Assembly: GCF_006345805.1 (NCBI RefSeq)
Contig: NC_042999.1
Span: 52,452,001 to 52,516,000 of the forward strand
Reading direction: 5' to 3'
DNA: 64,000 nt
DNA from: Octopus sinensis
Lineage: Eukaryota
The notes under the pieces were generated by a model. That model worked only from the letters and a program-made list of their open reading frames with translations. It ran no database searches and was not told where the DNA came from. A program made the position numbers and the translations under genes. Shown here one piece after another: positions 1 through 57,320 of the stretch; the stretch's first letter is position 1, and every line of letters begins with the position of its first letter.

Positions 1-107
1 TTCACCAGGTGGTGCTATTAAGTTAGACATGGCCTGGGCCAATAATGGCCGAAACCTATCAAAGTATCAAAGTAAGTATATATAAATATATATATATATA
101 CATACAG

Positions 108-165
<58 letters not shown>

Positions 166-446
166 TGTTGTGACTGGGGAGAGTCATTCTCTTTTAGTGC
201 CTTATAATTTAACACACCCACCGGATAACGGACAGAGTCAACAACTATTGCAAAGGTTGCAAGGTTGTGTGAAATTTCACGCACAACATGGACCCACAAT
301 TTCTTCTCAAGAGAATACGTATTTAAATAATTTTTATGAATAGCGAAAGCGGTTGACAAACACAATACAAGATATATTAAAAATTATATTAAAACTATGT
401 AAAGTGTGTGCATTTTCCTTCTTCAGTTTCTCAATTATATGTGTGT

Positions 447-524
<78 letters not shown>

Positions 525-900
525 CATATAGTCACAACATATATACATGTATATATAATCCAGAATTATTTACCTCCCTTACAAATAATCTTTTTTCTCA
601 GCAAGTATTAGACCTGACACCGTATATTAGCCGGTGTTTTTCAAACGATGAATAGCTTTGCGTAACCATGGCTCGTTTTGTTCTCTCTCTTTATTATCAT
701 CTTATAATCATCTCATAATAATGACTTTTATGACTCGTATTACTACCTCAGTCAATCTAAATGTATATATTTGTCACTACCTGTCATAAATAGCCTTTTT
801 GTTTTATTTTGCAATGTGCATTTTCGTTGATTTTTCATATTTTACCCTTATATTTCAACGTGTATTTTGTATTTTATGTTTTCTTTTTATAACATATTTC

Positions 901-999
<99 letters not shown>

Positions 1000-1014
1000 G
1001 AGAGACAGTTAAAA

Positions 1015-1255
1015 GGAAAACAACCAAATTATCCAGTTATATATGGTCCTTAAAAGAAAAGGGTGTCAACAGTAACATCCTTTGTAAGATCTTAGCCAAG
1101 TGTAAGCATTACACTAACGACAGTGGAAAGTGCGGTCTATGTGATATGGAAAGATGGCTCATCTGGAAAAGCAGCTTAGACCTCGCTACATGTCTAAATT
1201 CAAGAATTGAACTTTTTGTGTGATGTCCATACGTGGCTAAATATTTGTTACGGTA
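1015..1255 (+). mobile_element. Penelope-like element, GIY-YIG endonuclease C-terminal fragment
   Basis: Translation KTTKLSSYIWSLKEKG...KILAKCKHY...KCGLCDMER...LNSRIELFV*CP matches the PLE motif LS.YIW.LK...C.LC..EK...LN.R.EL..C.H. Confidence 0.75.
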
Positions 1256-1367
1256 TTGGTCCCCCCAAGATCACAGATAGAACCTGCTTTTTATATTGTG
1301 TCCAAGTACAAGCATTTCATTTCTTACATATATATTTTTATATTTTTACATATATGTATTTTTAGTG

Positions 1368-1677
1368 GAGGCGCAATGGCCCAGTGGTCAGGGCAGCGGA
1401 CTCGCGGTCGTAGGATTGCGGTTTCGATTCCCAGACCGGGCATTGTGAGTGTTTATTGAGCGAAAACACCTAAAGCTCCACGAGGCTCCGGCAGGGGGTG
1501 GTGGCGGTCCCTGTTGTACTCTTTCGCTACAACTTTCTCTCACTCTTTCTTCTGTTGGCCTGCTCGCTTAGCCAATGGGTTGGCGTCATTTGAAGGCTAA
1601 AACAATGCGAAGAGCATTGTGACCAGCGATGTGTAGCAACATCTGATAGCCTGGTCGGTCTCGATGATCACGATGAT
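1368..1677 (+). mobile_element. tRNA-derived SINE, family C (full length)
   Basis: tRNA-like head GGAGGCGCAATGGCCCAGTGGTCAGG...GTTTCGATTCCC; homologous inverted copies at 29376-29666 and 28393-28462. Confidence 0.85.
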
Positions 1678-2586
1678 ATTTTTAGTATATGTTATTGCTT
1701 TATATATTTTTATATATTTTTTCTGTATATTATTTTTCACCCTGCATATTTGTGCATGTGCGTATAGAGAAGTGTATATGAACATAATTGTGCGCGTATG
1801 GGTATATATACGTGGGTGTGTGCGTGTGTACGGGTATGTATATGTGTACATGTTTATGGATGCATATAAATATATGTATACACATAGGTGTGTGTAGGGG
1901 TGCATGTGTGTGTTTCAGGCGAATGTGAGTGAGCATGTTCATATATGCACACGCACGTGCGTGTGTTGGCATGTACATGCGTGCATACTTGGATTCTATG
2001 AGCGTGGGTTTACCTTCTCGGGTAATTTTATTTTCTTCCTATTCGAGTAATCCCCCTTTATTTAACGGTCATTCTCATAGCTCTTTTGTTTGTCTTAATA
2101 ACTGACGAGATGCCGGAGTAGACTTCCAGCCCGACATCCGAAACTCTGAGTTTTATTATGGCAACCGACTAATTTGTCACATGTTATATATATATATATA
2201 TATATATACATATATATTTAAAATCAAAATGAAGGTGAGAAAATTGGATATTAATTTAATAACACCAATTTAACACCAGTGGTCTAGCGCATAAAAGACA
2301 GATTCAGTAAATATTATTGATACACAAATATGAAAGAGAATCCACTATGTGGACGCTCTTACGCTAAAGATAGATTCGCAAGGGTCTCAACCACTAAGAA
2401 TTGTTCTCAAGAAAAATTTAGCGCAGGACAAATGAAAAAATAACAAAAATATAGATTAACCCCATACACTGTTAATAAATTATGCAATTTTACTTACATA
2501 ATTAATCCTCGGATCGTCATATATATATTTATATATATATATATATATATAACATGGAAATTATGTATACTTAGAGTTTATTTACC

Positions 2587-3101
2587 ACTAGCAGTATCGC
2601 CCGGCGTTGCTCGGGTTTGTAAGGGAAATAACTATATAAGCATTTTTAGAGAGTCACTTCCCTTATAGATGCCAATTCGGGCTTTCTTAGCCATTTCTGT
2701 TTTGGTGTCTTCAAGCCATGAAGTCGTTGTTCTAAAAGAACGCTGGTCTCCTTGACAACGCTTTACGACGTTGATTTCCTTACACTCCCTTCCCCACAGC
2801 TTCACGAGGGAGGGAAGAAGGGGGAGAAGCAAACAGGTGCAGGTGTGACCATGGACGCCAACTCCGCCGCCATCGACACACGAAAAATTATGCATTAAAA
2901 TGGAATAAAAAATTATGTTAAATTATTTTTTAAATCGTAGACTCATCGTAGATGCGCGCTAATACTCAGACGGGCTCGATATGAATTACGACTATAAGAT
3001 ACCCGAATTTGGTTAAACTGCACCGCAAAATGTGGGAGTAGTTAGGAATCTAAATCGAAGGGGACAGACACTCACACAACTACAGTTTTATATATATAGA
3101 T
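2587..3101 (+). mobile_element. Non-autonomous Helitron/Helentron-like element (DINE/Lep1-type)
   Basis: Begins ACTAGCAGTATCGCCCGGCGTTGCTCGGG (5' stem-loop) and ends GACAGACA...TTTTATATATATAGAT; ends about 15 nt from the decarboxylase exon-4 donor. Confidence 0.5.
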
Positions 3102-3117
3102 ATGTCACTATACTTAC

Positions 3118-3252
3118 GTCTGGTGATTTATAAGCAATTAGTTTTGAAACAGCCACCCCCTCCTCCATACCGGAATTCCTTCTCTCAATTTTCTGTATTC
3201 CAAGCGTTCTGGCAGTGAAGAGACTTATTAAAATATTTTCAGTGGTTGAACT
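3118..3252 (-). CDS. Decarboxylase coding exon 4 ([15 protein letters not shown]...[10 protein letters not shown])
   Basis: 135 nt; aligns without gaps to GSASEATLVALLAAR...KLVAYSSDQ; AG acceptor, GTAAGT donor. Confidence 0.9.
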
Positions 3253-4645
3253 CTAATAACGAATATTGTACAACACCGGATTAGTTTAGTTAAACATTAA
3301 TTTCTATTAGATATTGTTTCATAATCATAATAGCAAACGTTTTATGCAAATAATTGGTTTGAGACAATGTTATATAAAAAAGATATATATGTATATATAG
3401 GCGCAGGAGTGGCTGTGTGGTAAGTAGCTTGCTAACCAACCACATGGTTCCGGGTTCAGTCCCACTGCGTGGCATCTTGGGCAAGTGTCTTCTGCTATAG
3501 TCCCGGGCCGACCAATGCCTTGTGAGTGGATTTGGTAGACGGAAACTGAAAGAAGCCTGTCGTACATATGTATATATATATAAGTGTGTGTATATATGTT
3601 TGTGTGTTTGTGTGTCTGTGTTTGTCCCCCTAGCATTGCTTGACAACCGATGCTGGTGTGTTTACGTCCCCGTCACTTAGCGGTTCGGCAAAACAGACCG
3701 ATAGAATAAGTACTGGGCTTACAAAGAATAAGTCCCGGGGTCGATTTGCTCGACTAAAGGCGGTGCTCCAGCATGGCCGCAGTCAAATGACTGAAACAAG
3801 TAAAAGAGTAAGAGTTTGTGAATGGCATGGCAGTGACTTACCTGGATTACACCTCCTCCACTTCCTTCAGAGGTTGACAAGAATATTTCTGGCAGTTTTA
3901 TAGCCTTTGCCAACCAGTCTAAAACAATGACTTCTAATTCAGTGGCAGCAGGAGAGGATTTCTGAAATATAACGCAAAAGTTAATCTGTTTGTAACACCT
4001 GCAGAAACACCGTCCTCCGGGTGTTTTTCTACTCATATCTAAATGATATTTACACCTTTCATCTCCAATTTGCGTAATCTTATTATATGTTACATCTAAT
4101 TTCCCTTCGATTCCTTTATTCATCTAATTATTAAAGCATTATTGAGCTATGTTCTCTCTATAAAAACAAGACAATTTTTTGAATTCAAATCAGAAGCAAG
4201 ACAGTTGCAGTATAGTTCCACGTCTATCTATATCGCCTTTTGAAAATCCGACAAATCTGAGAAACCAGTTAAGCGAATCCCAGTACATTTCTATTTCTAT
4301 GCAGGAAATACAAAAGTGAAAGAATATGACTTACCCACGAAATTACCACATTCACCAAAGTATCTGACAACATTTCTGCCAGAATTGCAGCATAAGAGGT
4401 TCGTGCGGGGAAATAAGCACCAAAATTTGGATGTTGCCAGTGACAGACCTGAAGGGTAAGAGTTATTTGAAGAGTTAGGATTTAAGTGATAGTCCATGAA
4501 AGGGAGAAATTTCCTTTTTCTTTTAAAATTATCAGACTAACACAATAAAAACATTTAAAATGTTTGTGTGTTGACTAATTCTATACGTGAAAAATCATAC
4601 AGAAAGAAACAAAATGTTGTGATAGAATGTATGTCAGTTTTTATT

Positions 4646-4704
<59 letters not shown>

Positions 4705-6401
4705 GTGTGTGTGTCTGTGTGTCTATTCTTGTGTAGGAAATATATGTTTTTCTGTGGGGCGGACAGGGAACTAGAAAGAAAAACACAACCAAAAACTTTC
4801 CTTTTTAAATACATGTAAATCTGAACGGGAAATAAACTCGTAATTTCTTTGAAATGATCCCCTCTCTGTATATGCTAATCTTCAACAATTGTAGCTATGC
4901 TTTCTGTTTTCTTTCTCCAGCTTGAAGATAAATTTCTATCAATATATTTCTGATATACATTCTGAGTTCAAATTCCGCCGAGGTCGAGTTTGCCATTCAT
5001 TCTTTCGGGGTCGATTAAATAAGTACCAGTTACGCACTGGGGTCGTTGTAATCGACTTAATCCCTTTGTCTGTCCTTGTTTGTCCCCTCTACAAAGTCTT
5101 CAATACTAACACATTATAATAAACACGATGTTATGCCAAATAGGAAAGCAACCATATGTATAATACAAACGGAAAATTCTTAAAACCAGAACCCTCCCCT
5201 CAGAACATTAAAGGTGGAATCCTTCGGCAAGATACTTTACACTTCTAAATATCAATCTGTTGGCATTACATTATGAAAGGGACAGCCAATGAGTACGTGT
5301 GTCTGTGGGCAATAAAGAAATAAATATATTTCTGTTGTGAAGCGCAACAGATCAGCTGTTTAGTTAAATAATCAACAATTACACTAAAGATGATTACGCG
5401 TTAGGACTGGAAATTGCAATGAGATTGTCTCGAAATAATTGCCCATCAGTCTTCAGGTGTATGTTCGGTAAACATCCTTGAAATAAATATCTCTTAACCC
5501 TGGGAGAAAACTGCTCCCGGATAATTCACATCTCAACTCCAACGACAAATCTAACTCGCGATGATTATCCCCTGATAATCATTATTCAATTATAATTTAT
5601 ACTCATTATTAACGCAATTATTATTTATTATAAAGCCAACAATTTACAATGTTTGTCGTACTTTGAAAGGAATGTGACATTAGAAATCTTATTAAAGGAA
5701 TCATTCGCCTTTTGAACAGCAGAAAGAAACATGACCATGGGAATTGTACGGATGCAGTTGCTCCACAGCCCAAACATTTCCAGTGTTTTATATTATTGAA
5801 GGCTCATGGCTAAGCGGTTAAGATATTCGGCTCAATATTTTAAGATCGTGAGACATGTGGCGGTGTGTTGTGTCCTTGGGCAAGACACTTTATTTCATGT
5901 TGCTCCGGTTCACTCTGTTGGCAAAAGGGAGAAGCATCTGGATTTCAAAGAGTCAATCTTGTTAAACTTTGTCTCATGCTGAATCTCCCTGAGAACTACG
6001 TTAAGGGTACAAGTGTTTTGTGGATCGGATCAACTAGAACACTTGTCCTTGTAACCTATGGAGCGCCAGTGTTTATATATGAGATAACGTAAGAGTTGAA
6101 TTAAACTCCAGCAGCATCTTAAAAGAAATAAAATATTATCAAAATGTCATACGACCTTATTCCTCAATGAAATCTATTTTGATTATCGAAAACTTACGCC
6201 TGGCATAATTATTCTTTCGATATCTTGAAAAACATCTTCCCATTTATCTGGATTTTGTGGGGCTTTTTCTGGTATCAACTTTCTCAGGAACCCGGGAACA
6301 ACAGAAGATAAAACTTTTCTAGTTCGAATATTACCAAAATAACCATTTATATATTTAGTCAACTGTGCAACGGCTTTCACGAAATTTTCAGAGCCTTCCA
6401 T
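3118..6401 (-). CDS. Aromatic L-amino acid decarboxylase-like (group II PLP decarboxylase, DDC/HDC/TDC family), 5' partial gene, exons 1-4, 191 aa
   Basis: Exons 6198-6401 (204 nt), 4335-4448 (114), 3842-3961 (120), 3118-3252 (135); all phase 0, GT-AG. Sizes match my recollection of the first coding exons of human DDC (201/114/120/135). Motifs: [14 protein letters not shown]...[14 protein letters not shown]|[35 protein letters not shown]. The next exon (AHSS, His192) was not found in 1-3117. Confidence 0.95.
3400..3815 (+). mobile_element. tRNA-derived SINE, family A (with internal TA/TG microsatellite)
   Basis: Head GGCGCAGGAGTGGCTGTGTGGTAAG...GGTTCAGTCCC, tail AAGTAAAAGAGTAA; about 9 copies in the window; fills most of decarboxylase intron 3. 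Confidence 0.9.
3842..3961 (-). CDS. Decarboxylase coding exon 3 ([40 protein letters not shown])
   Basis: Within ORF 3719-4123; TTTCAG acceptor, GTAAGT donor. Confidence 0.95.
4335..4448 (-). CDS. Decarboxylase coding exon 2 ([38 protein letters not shown])
   Basis: CTTCAG acceptor, GTAAGT donor; HW.HP.F.AYFP motif; frame not shown in the ORF track. Confidence 0.95.
4960..5303 (+). mobile_element. SINE-B 3' half fused to an R4/Dong LINE fragment
   Basis: Reverse-complement match to 15990-16330, including the SINE/LINE junction. Confidence 0.75.
5805..6065 (+). mobile_element. Degenerate SINE, family D
   Basis: GTGTCCTTGGGCAAGACACTTTATTTCATGTTGCTCC shared with 60955-61275 and, inverted, with 54217-54545. 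Confidence 0.65.
6198..6401 (-). CDS. Decarboxylase coding exon 1 (MEGSENF...IERIIMPG)
   Basis: Within ORF 6183-6401; donor GTAAGT directly after MPG, as in DDC. Confidence 0.95.
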
Positions 6402-7099
6402 GTTTCTATATTATTACGATGATGATGATGATTTATTAGATGAGAGCTAATATAGAACACCTTCTGGGAATATTTGCTATGCAATTGCGCAACAATTTTG
6501 GCTTTTTTAGTTACGTAATAGTTGCATATTGTTTAATTACGTAATAATTGTGTTGTTAATTGCGTAATATTTACATTATTAAATAATTAGATAAGACTTG
6601 ATGAATTTATTTGTTTAAAAATTCCTGTTTATTCTGTTGAGTTTAAATATTTAATACCCAACGAGATGCGACATAAAGGGTTGAACTTAAATGAAAACAA
6701 TTCAACCTGGCCCCCACTCCCTTCTCCAATCTACTTTCCAACAAACTTACATAAGAGTACCACCTCTCCATTCATCGTACTTCCCACCTCACGTGGTACT
6801 TGAAGAAGTTGATAAAAGATAGTCTGCCATTTGCCCTTCCATCTTTCCCACATACAATCTTCCTCGAGGTAACCCCCGTTTTTTGATGGAGTTACGTCTA
6901 GGATGACTCATCGTTTCTGAAAAACGTTCCTTTCTGATACTATGCTTCTTGGTGAATATTCCTTCCTTGTAGGCTGTCCTTGGTGGACTGTCATTCCTGA
7001 TGGGCTCTTCTGCCTGGTGGACTGTCTTTCTTGGCGGACTCTCCATGCTGGGGCGGGGGGGGGGTATGCTCTCCTTTCTGGTGGGCTTTCCTTGATGGT

Positions 7100-7640
7100 G
7101 GGCTCTCCTTGCCGGTGAACTGTGCTTCCGGCTTGACTATCCCTCCTGCTGGACGAAACTTACTGCATGCTACAATATCTGTTCTACATAACTTCATAAT
7201 CGAGCACTCGCGTGACTCTGAGCGAACACATAACGGACGGTTTCGCCGCAGTGAGGGCACCTCGAGCAGACGTGACTTATCGCAACTCTATGCTTGTAAA
7301 CTGCATCTCAAATGAGTAATGTCTTCCAGTATCACCGTCAGAAATTTCTGGGAGTTTCCTATAGTCCTCGCACTGAAAGTAACCCCAAACAAACATTTCT
7401 GTTGATCTCTGTCTCTGTACAATATCACGACGGGCACTTGCCTAAGAGTTAGTGTTTACAGAATGCCATACCACCAATAACATAATCCAGCCAATACAGA
7501 ACTGTAAATGCCTGACAATATTCCAAAGTTTTGACGACCCACTATAGCATTCGCTTGACCCCAAACTGAAGTCTCACCATAGAATCAACCGATGAGCACA
7601 CTTGTTCCCTGTCTATGAATTGTGTCAAATATAGCTAGAT
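7100..7640 (-). mobile_element. L1/Tx1-like LINE 3' fragment (zinc-knuckle region), degenerate
   Basis: Minus-strand translation AVYKHRVAISHVCSRCPHCGETVRYVFAQ...LxSYVEQIL resembles the zf-RVT region of Tx1 ORF2; contains stops. Confidence 0.5.
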
Positions 7641-8133
7641 CAGTACATAACTGCCAATCTTTACTCGTGGTAAACCGAACGTTTCTTTTAATGTTTGTTG
7701 TTAGAAATTTGATATGCAGACAAGTGAAACGCATTCCTTCGCTATAAAACCAAATGAAAATAAGGAAAAGGGTGACTGTCAGAGTTGATTAAATTACTGA
7801 GGTGATAAATATATCCTTTCTGGATCTTTTACGAATAGCTTCTTAGCACATTCATTTCGCGTTGTGATGCCTTCAACGCTTTTAGCGTCCACAAACGCTC
7901 AAGGTATAAAATGCAGAGGAGTGATTGGAAAAGGCACTCTTTGCAGACCGAACATGTGACTCGAAACAGTTTTGTTAGATGGCCATCTCGTCTGAGCATC
8001 GTGAAAACCTACTGAATATTGAAACACTCCAACTCTTAGAGACAACAGAAATCGAATTACGTTATAAGTCACTGTAAAATACTAATGGTCGACTTATGAA
8101 GTACGTACAAATATACATACATTCGCAAAAAAA

Positions 8134-8575
8134 ACATGCATACATACATACATTCAAACATACATACATACATACATACATACATACATACATACATACA
8201 TACATACATACATACAAACATACATACATACATACATACATACATACATACATACATACATAAACATACAAAACATACATACAAACATACATGCATATAC
8301 ACACACACAGACACGCATACATACATACATACATACATACATACATACATACATACATACATACATACAAACATACATACATACATACACACACGCACAG
8401 ACACGCATACATACATACATACATACATACATACATACAAACATACATACATACATACACATATACATACCTAACATACATACATACACACATACATACA
8501 TACATACATACACACACACACATACATACATACATACATATATACATACATACATACATACATACATACAAATAA
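8134..8575. repeat. (CATA)n/(TATG)n microsatellite array, imperfect
   Basis: Seen directly; source of the MYVC/HTYI ORFs. Confidence 0.97.
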
Positions 8576-9793
8576 GCAAACAATTCAACCGGAGCCAGGC
8601 AGCAGTAGGCAGAAACACGAGAGGAGAAGCAGTAAATATCATAGAAGCTCCTTCAAAAGAAACTGACGCGGATTCTCCATATTCAGTCTGTGGAAATTTG
8701 CAAGACATTCCAAAGATTATCCATCTGAGATTCTTTTGGTGAATAGATACGCACACTTAGGTGTATACATCGACAATTGAACTTAACACACCAACTCAAC
8801 CTGTGACGGTCACTTGTTCGCTTCTCTTCAAAACTTCAACCGAATTGTTGAATAGCTCATTGCACTTTCTATGTCCAAAGTATGTTAAGTTTGTGGACAA
8901 CGGCTATTTTGGGGCTTTCACGTTTTCAAGTATCGCAGCATTTCTTAGCCTGTTCTTCTTGCTTATTCTCCTTAATATGCGAAAGATCTACATGTCAGAA
9001 ACATTTTTCTTCTTTTCCATTGCTGTGTACTTGCCCCAGTTTTGCTCCGTGGAGGGCAGTTGGTGGTATATAAAATTTTACTGGTTTTAGTTTTTGGTGC
9101 AAAGTTCTGTATTTTGAGGTGAAGAATTTCGTCATTCTTGCCTTTGATTAAATAGCTATGTTGAAATTATGGCTTAACTTATTCGAAGGGAGAGAACCAA
9201 CTTAGAACGCTATCACGTAAGTTATTTCCCTTGCGTAAATATTTCAGTTTTTATTATACCAGAAAAGTAAAACTCAAAGTTAACTTGATCTCTGTAAAAT
9301 AATAAAACAGTTGCATAACTTTCATGGATATTCACCAGATTGGTCTAAGCTATGATCGGTATCGATAGCAATATTTCTGCTAAGTGAATTCGGGATTCTG
9401 GCGAATTCTCAGGTGTATGTGCATTGGACAGGAATGCAAATTGGAGATAGTTCAACTTGAAGTAGGGAGCAGAGATTTGCAAACAAATTCGTTTTCTGCA
9501 CCGATGACAGCGGAGCAAGATGTGCCTGAGTGTGAGACGACGGAGAGAGCCTAAGTGTTTAGGAGACGGAAATAGGTTGAGTTTAATTAGAAAACGAAGA
9601 ATTGTTTTTGTAGATTGTCTTAAATGTAAACTTGTTATTCCGACAAATATTATGACAAAAATGACTTGGAAAGAAGTCTACGAATGACATGTCTTAATTT
9701 TTTTGCCTGTTCTTCTAATTGTTGTTTATCTTGTCTGCCTTGTATCATTTATCTGTCCGAATGTTTTATTGTACTCTATTGTGTTTATGTTCC

Positions 9794-9847
<54 letters not shown>

Positions 9848-10038
9848 TATTGTGTCTGGGGAGAGTCATTTTATTTTTGTGCCTTATTATGTAACACACT
9901 CACCGGCAAAATTACCACTTTTCTTTTTCATATTTTAATTCTCCTAAAATTTTCGTTGCGTCTTGCAAACTTTTCAATAGTTTTGACTCTGTCCGTTATT
10001 TACACTGCGTTTCCTTTTGTTTGTGCGCATGTTGTGCG

Positions 10039-10104
<66 letters not shown>

Positions 10105-10259
10105 CTGTAAATTAATATGTTACCATATTCAATAGCCAAGATAAAACTCTGAGTTTTATTTTGGCTATTGAATAATGGTAACATTAATTTACAGATAAAT
10201 TTCCTCTATTTACATAATATTGAGGTCTCTTTCTTTCTTTTGTTATCTTACCGTTTTTA

Positions 10260-10323
<64 letters not shown>

Positions 10324-11383
10324 CATGTACAACATGGTCTAACTTTATTTAATGATGTCCAAAGGGAAGCAGATTATCAGAACAGAACCATTAAACGAGC
10401 CCTGAAAAAATATCCCTCGGAGATATCGAAGAACTGAGGCCAGAAATGTTTTCTAGTTTAATCCGACATTCCCAATGAATGCTGAAATTTCTATGACTCG
10501 GAAAATTTTTAACTCGAAGCACATTCACAGCAGAAAATAAAGCAGACGACAATATCAATCATTTTTTAAATGCAGTAAACTAACAGATGAAAAAAAAAAG
10601 TATAAGTGTAGGCATGACTATGTAAGAAAAATACGGCATTGAGATGTTATCTGAGTAGTGTGTGACTTCGAAATATCTGGTAAGTGGTATGGACATGAAC
10701 CAGAAGCTGTGTCAAAGAATGACAATTACTCAGTCATATTATTCAGCTCTAAAGCTGTTGAAATGTAATTGCGTCTCTTCATTTCCTTCGTCTGAAATTT
10801 GTTGTCCTGTTTCATAATTTACTCCATGTGCTGCAGCTGGGTTTCTGTCTTCCATACTGATCTTGATGACATTTACTTACTTCAGGATAGAACACTAGTG
10901 TTGTTTTATGAATCGCGGGGTTATGAACACTTGTATATCGTCCGGTGTTATTTTAGACATTTTGTGACAATATCCTCAAGATATTGACGCTGAATACCTG
11001 CCAATATTTTACCGTATAAAGACTGACTAATACATTTGACGGCAATCTCTTTGAACCAAATATTCTGGAACTACCTTTAAAGCAGGAAACTGTCAGAGTT
11101 AATTCAATTATCTGTTTTCAAGGTAACATATATTATGTCATACGAGCTCCCTCTCCGAGCGTAACATTCCGTATTTGCAGGAGCTGAACAAAATTTTTCT
11201 TTGAGTTGAACAAATAAGCCTTATAACTTTGACAAAGTGCCTTCCAGAATGTTTAGTTTTGGTTCATGTTTGAAATAATATCCAAATAGAAAATGAATTT
11301 CTTCAGTTGAAGCTGGAACACTAACAATTCGCCGAGGAAGTTTTTAAATATATCAGGGTGTCAATAGCAAACAACAAAAACAA

Positions 11384-11393
11384 CAGCGGCGGC

Positions 11394-11427
<34 letters not shown>

Positions 11428-11447
11428 GCAGCAGCAGCAGCAGCAGC

Positions 11448-11481
<34 letters not shown>

Positions 11482-11515
11482 GCAACAACAACAACAGCAA
11501 CAACAGTAATAACAA
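11384..11515. repeat. Compound (CAA)n/(CAG)n trinucleotide repeat
   Basis: Seen directly. Confidence 0.97.
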
Positions 11516-11635
11516 CTTTTATTTACCACAAGGTTCAATAAAATACAGAAAGCGTGTTACAAAAGAGTTACAAATTGGGAATCTGTGCGTATACATATAT
11601 CATACCTTTTGTATGTGTTCGAGATTTTATACACA

Positions 11636-11890
<255 letters not shown>

Positions 11891-12968
11891 TGAATTCTGC
11901 GTTGTGATAACGTTGTATATTAACAGAAGTCAAAACTTTGTTGCTGGAAATAAATACAACCAGAGATCACCTACTCACAGAGAGGTGAGAGGCTTCCTTT
12001 TTATTATCTTAACGCAATATAATCCGATCTTCAGACACTCCAACTTTTCCCTCCTTTTTGTTTCATCTTGTTTAGTCTTTTTATAAATATTAGATACTAG
12101 TTCAGACTGCCGTGAGGCCCAGGTTTCCAGAGCATGGCCATCTCTTCAAGAGGGTTTTGAAACCTCATGCATTTATTTTCTCAGGTCTCATACTTTTTCG
12201 CCTCATTATTCTGAATGCTGTCGACTACTTCTCTCCAGCCTCCCCCAGCCTCATCTTTTCCTGATTGTCATAATACCATATGTCGGCTCCACTGTATGTA
12301 GCATTTCAGAGTTTCTATGCTTCGGGTGTCCGAAGGATGATCCTAGATTTCTTGTCCATTCCAAACATCTGGTGCTCGTTTCGCAGACAATGTAATGATT
12401 TTTTTGTTTCAACTTCGGTTATCATCGATAATAGCCAATAATTCATAATACTTTACCTTTCAATTACACTTCAGTGATAGACAAATGAATGAACAAAGCA
12501 GAAAGATTGATATTTATCCGTGGAGCTAGGAGTAAAGATTGAAATATTTACATTAATTCCGCTCTGTTCACCTTTAACAATAATACATTCTTGGAAGAAG
12601 GATCAGGAATTCTGTACATTTCATTGTCACTTTACGTTTATTATTTTGCGAATCTCATATAACAGGTTTTATATATGAAACAACAATAATAATTATGGAA
12701 TGTTAAATATATTTACGTTTCACATAAACAAGATTCAAAACAAAGAATGATTTCAGCAAATAAGTCTCATTAAGACTACAATGTCGCCATCAGCTGACTC
12801 TTTGAAGAATGTATAATGGTCTTAATATGAACGACTTTATCAACAATACTTTGTTTTGGAATAAAGCAAATTAACTAATTTGATGAGTGTCATTCTCATC
12901 TTCGTTCCCATACTTGGTTTATAAATACATCATTGGATTTTCTGGAGATTATATTATATTTATAAAAG

Positions 12969-56536
<43,568 letters not shown>

Positions 56537-56617
56537 CTGATGATAAAAAATGTAAACGAATACGTAATTAAGACAGGCAAACAATCACAAGAAAAATTAA
56601 CATAATTATAGATTTAG

Positions 56618-56681
<64 letters not shown>

Positions 56682-56829
56682 AAACCGATATTTCTAAATT
56701 ATATTAGAATAAAAGGGCGGTGCAACTTGGCCAAGATAATAAAGCACCGAATAAATTCTATCACTCCAAAACTAGGATTTTATCTTTGTTTCTGATTTTG
56801 GTAAAGAGAGCATCACTATTCTTTGCCCT

Positions 56830-57320
<491 letters not shown>

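Noticed and set aside
1368-1440. tRNA-like sequences at the SINE heads
   Set aside because: They continue into SINE bodies present in multiple copies, so they are not stand-alone tRNA genes.
1-3117. Decarboxylase exon 5 (AHSSV...)
   Set aside because: Searched by eye on the minus strand and found no candidate; it is presumably beyond the window edge.
12100-12430. Possible RTE 3' fragment
   Set aside because: Only a vague resemblance (LKCYI); too degenerate to call.
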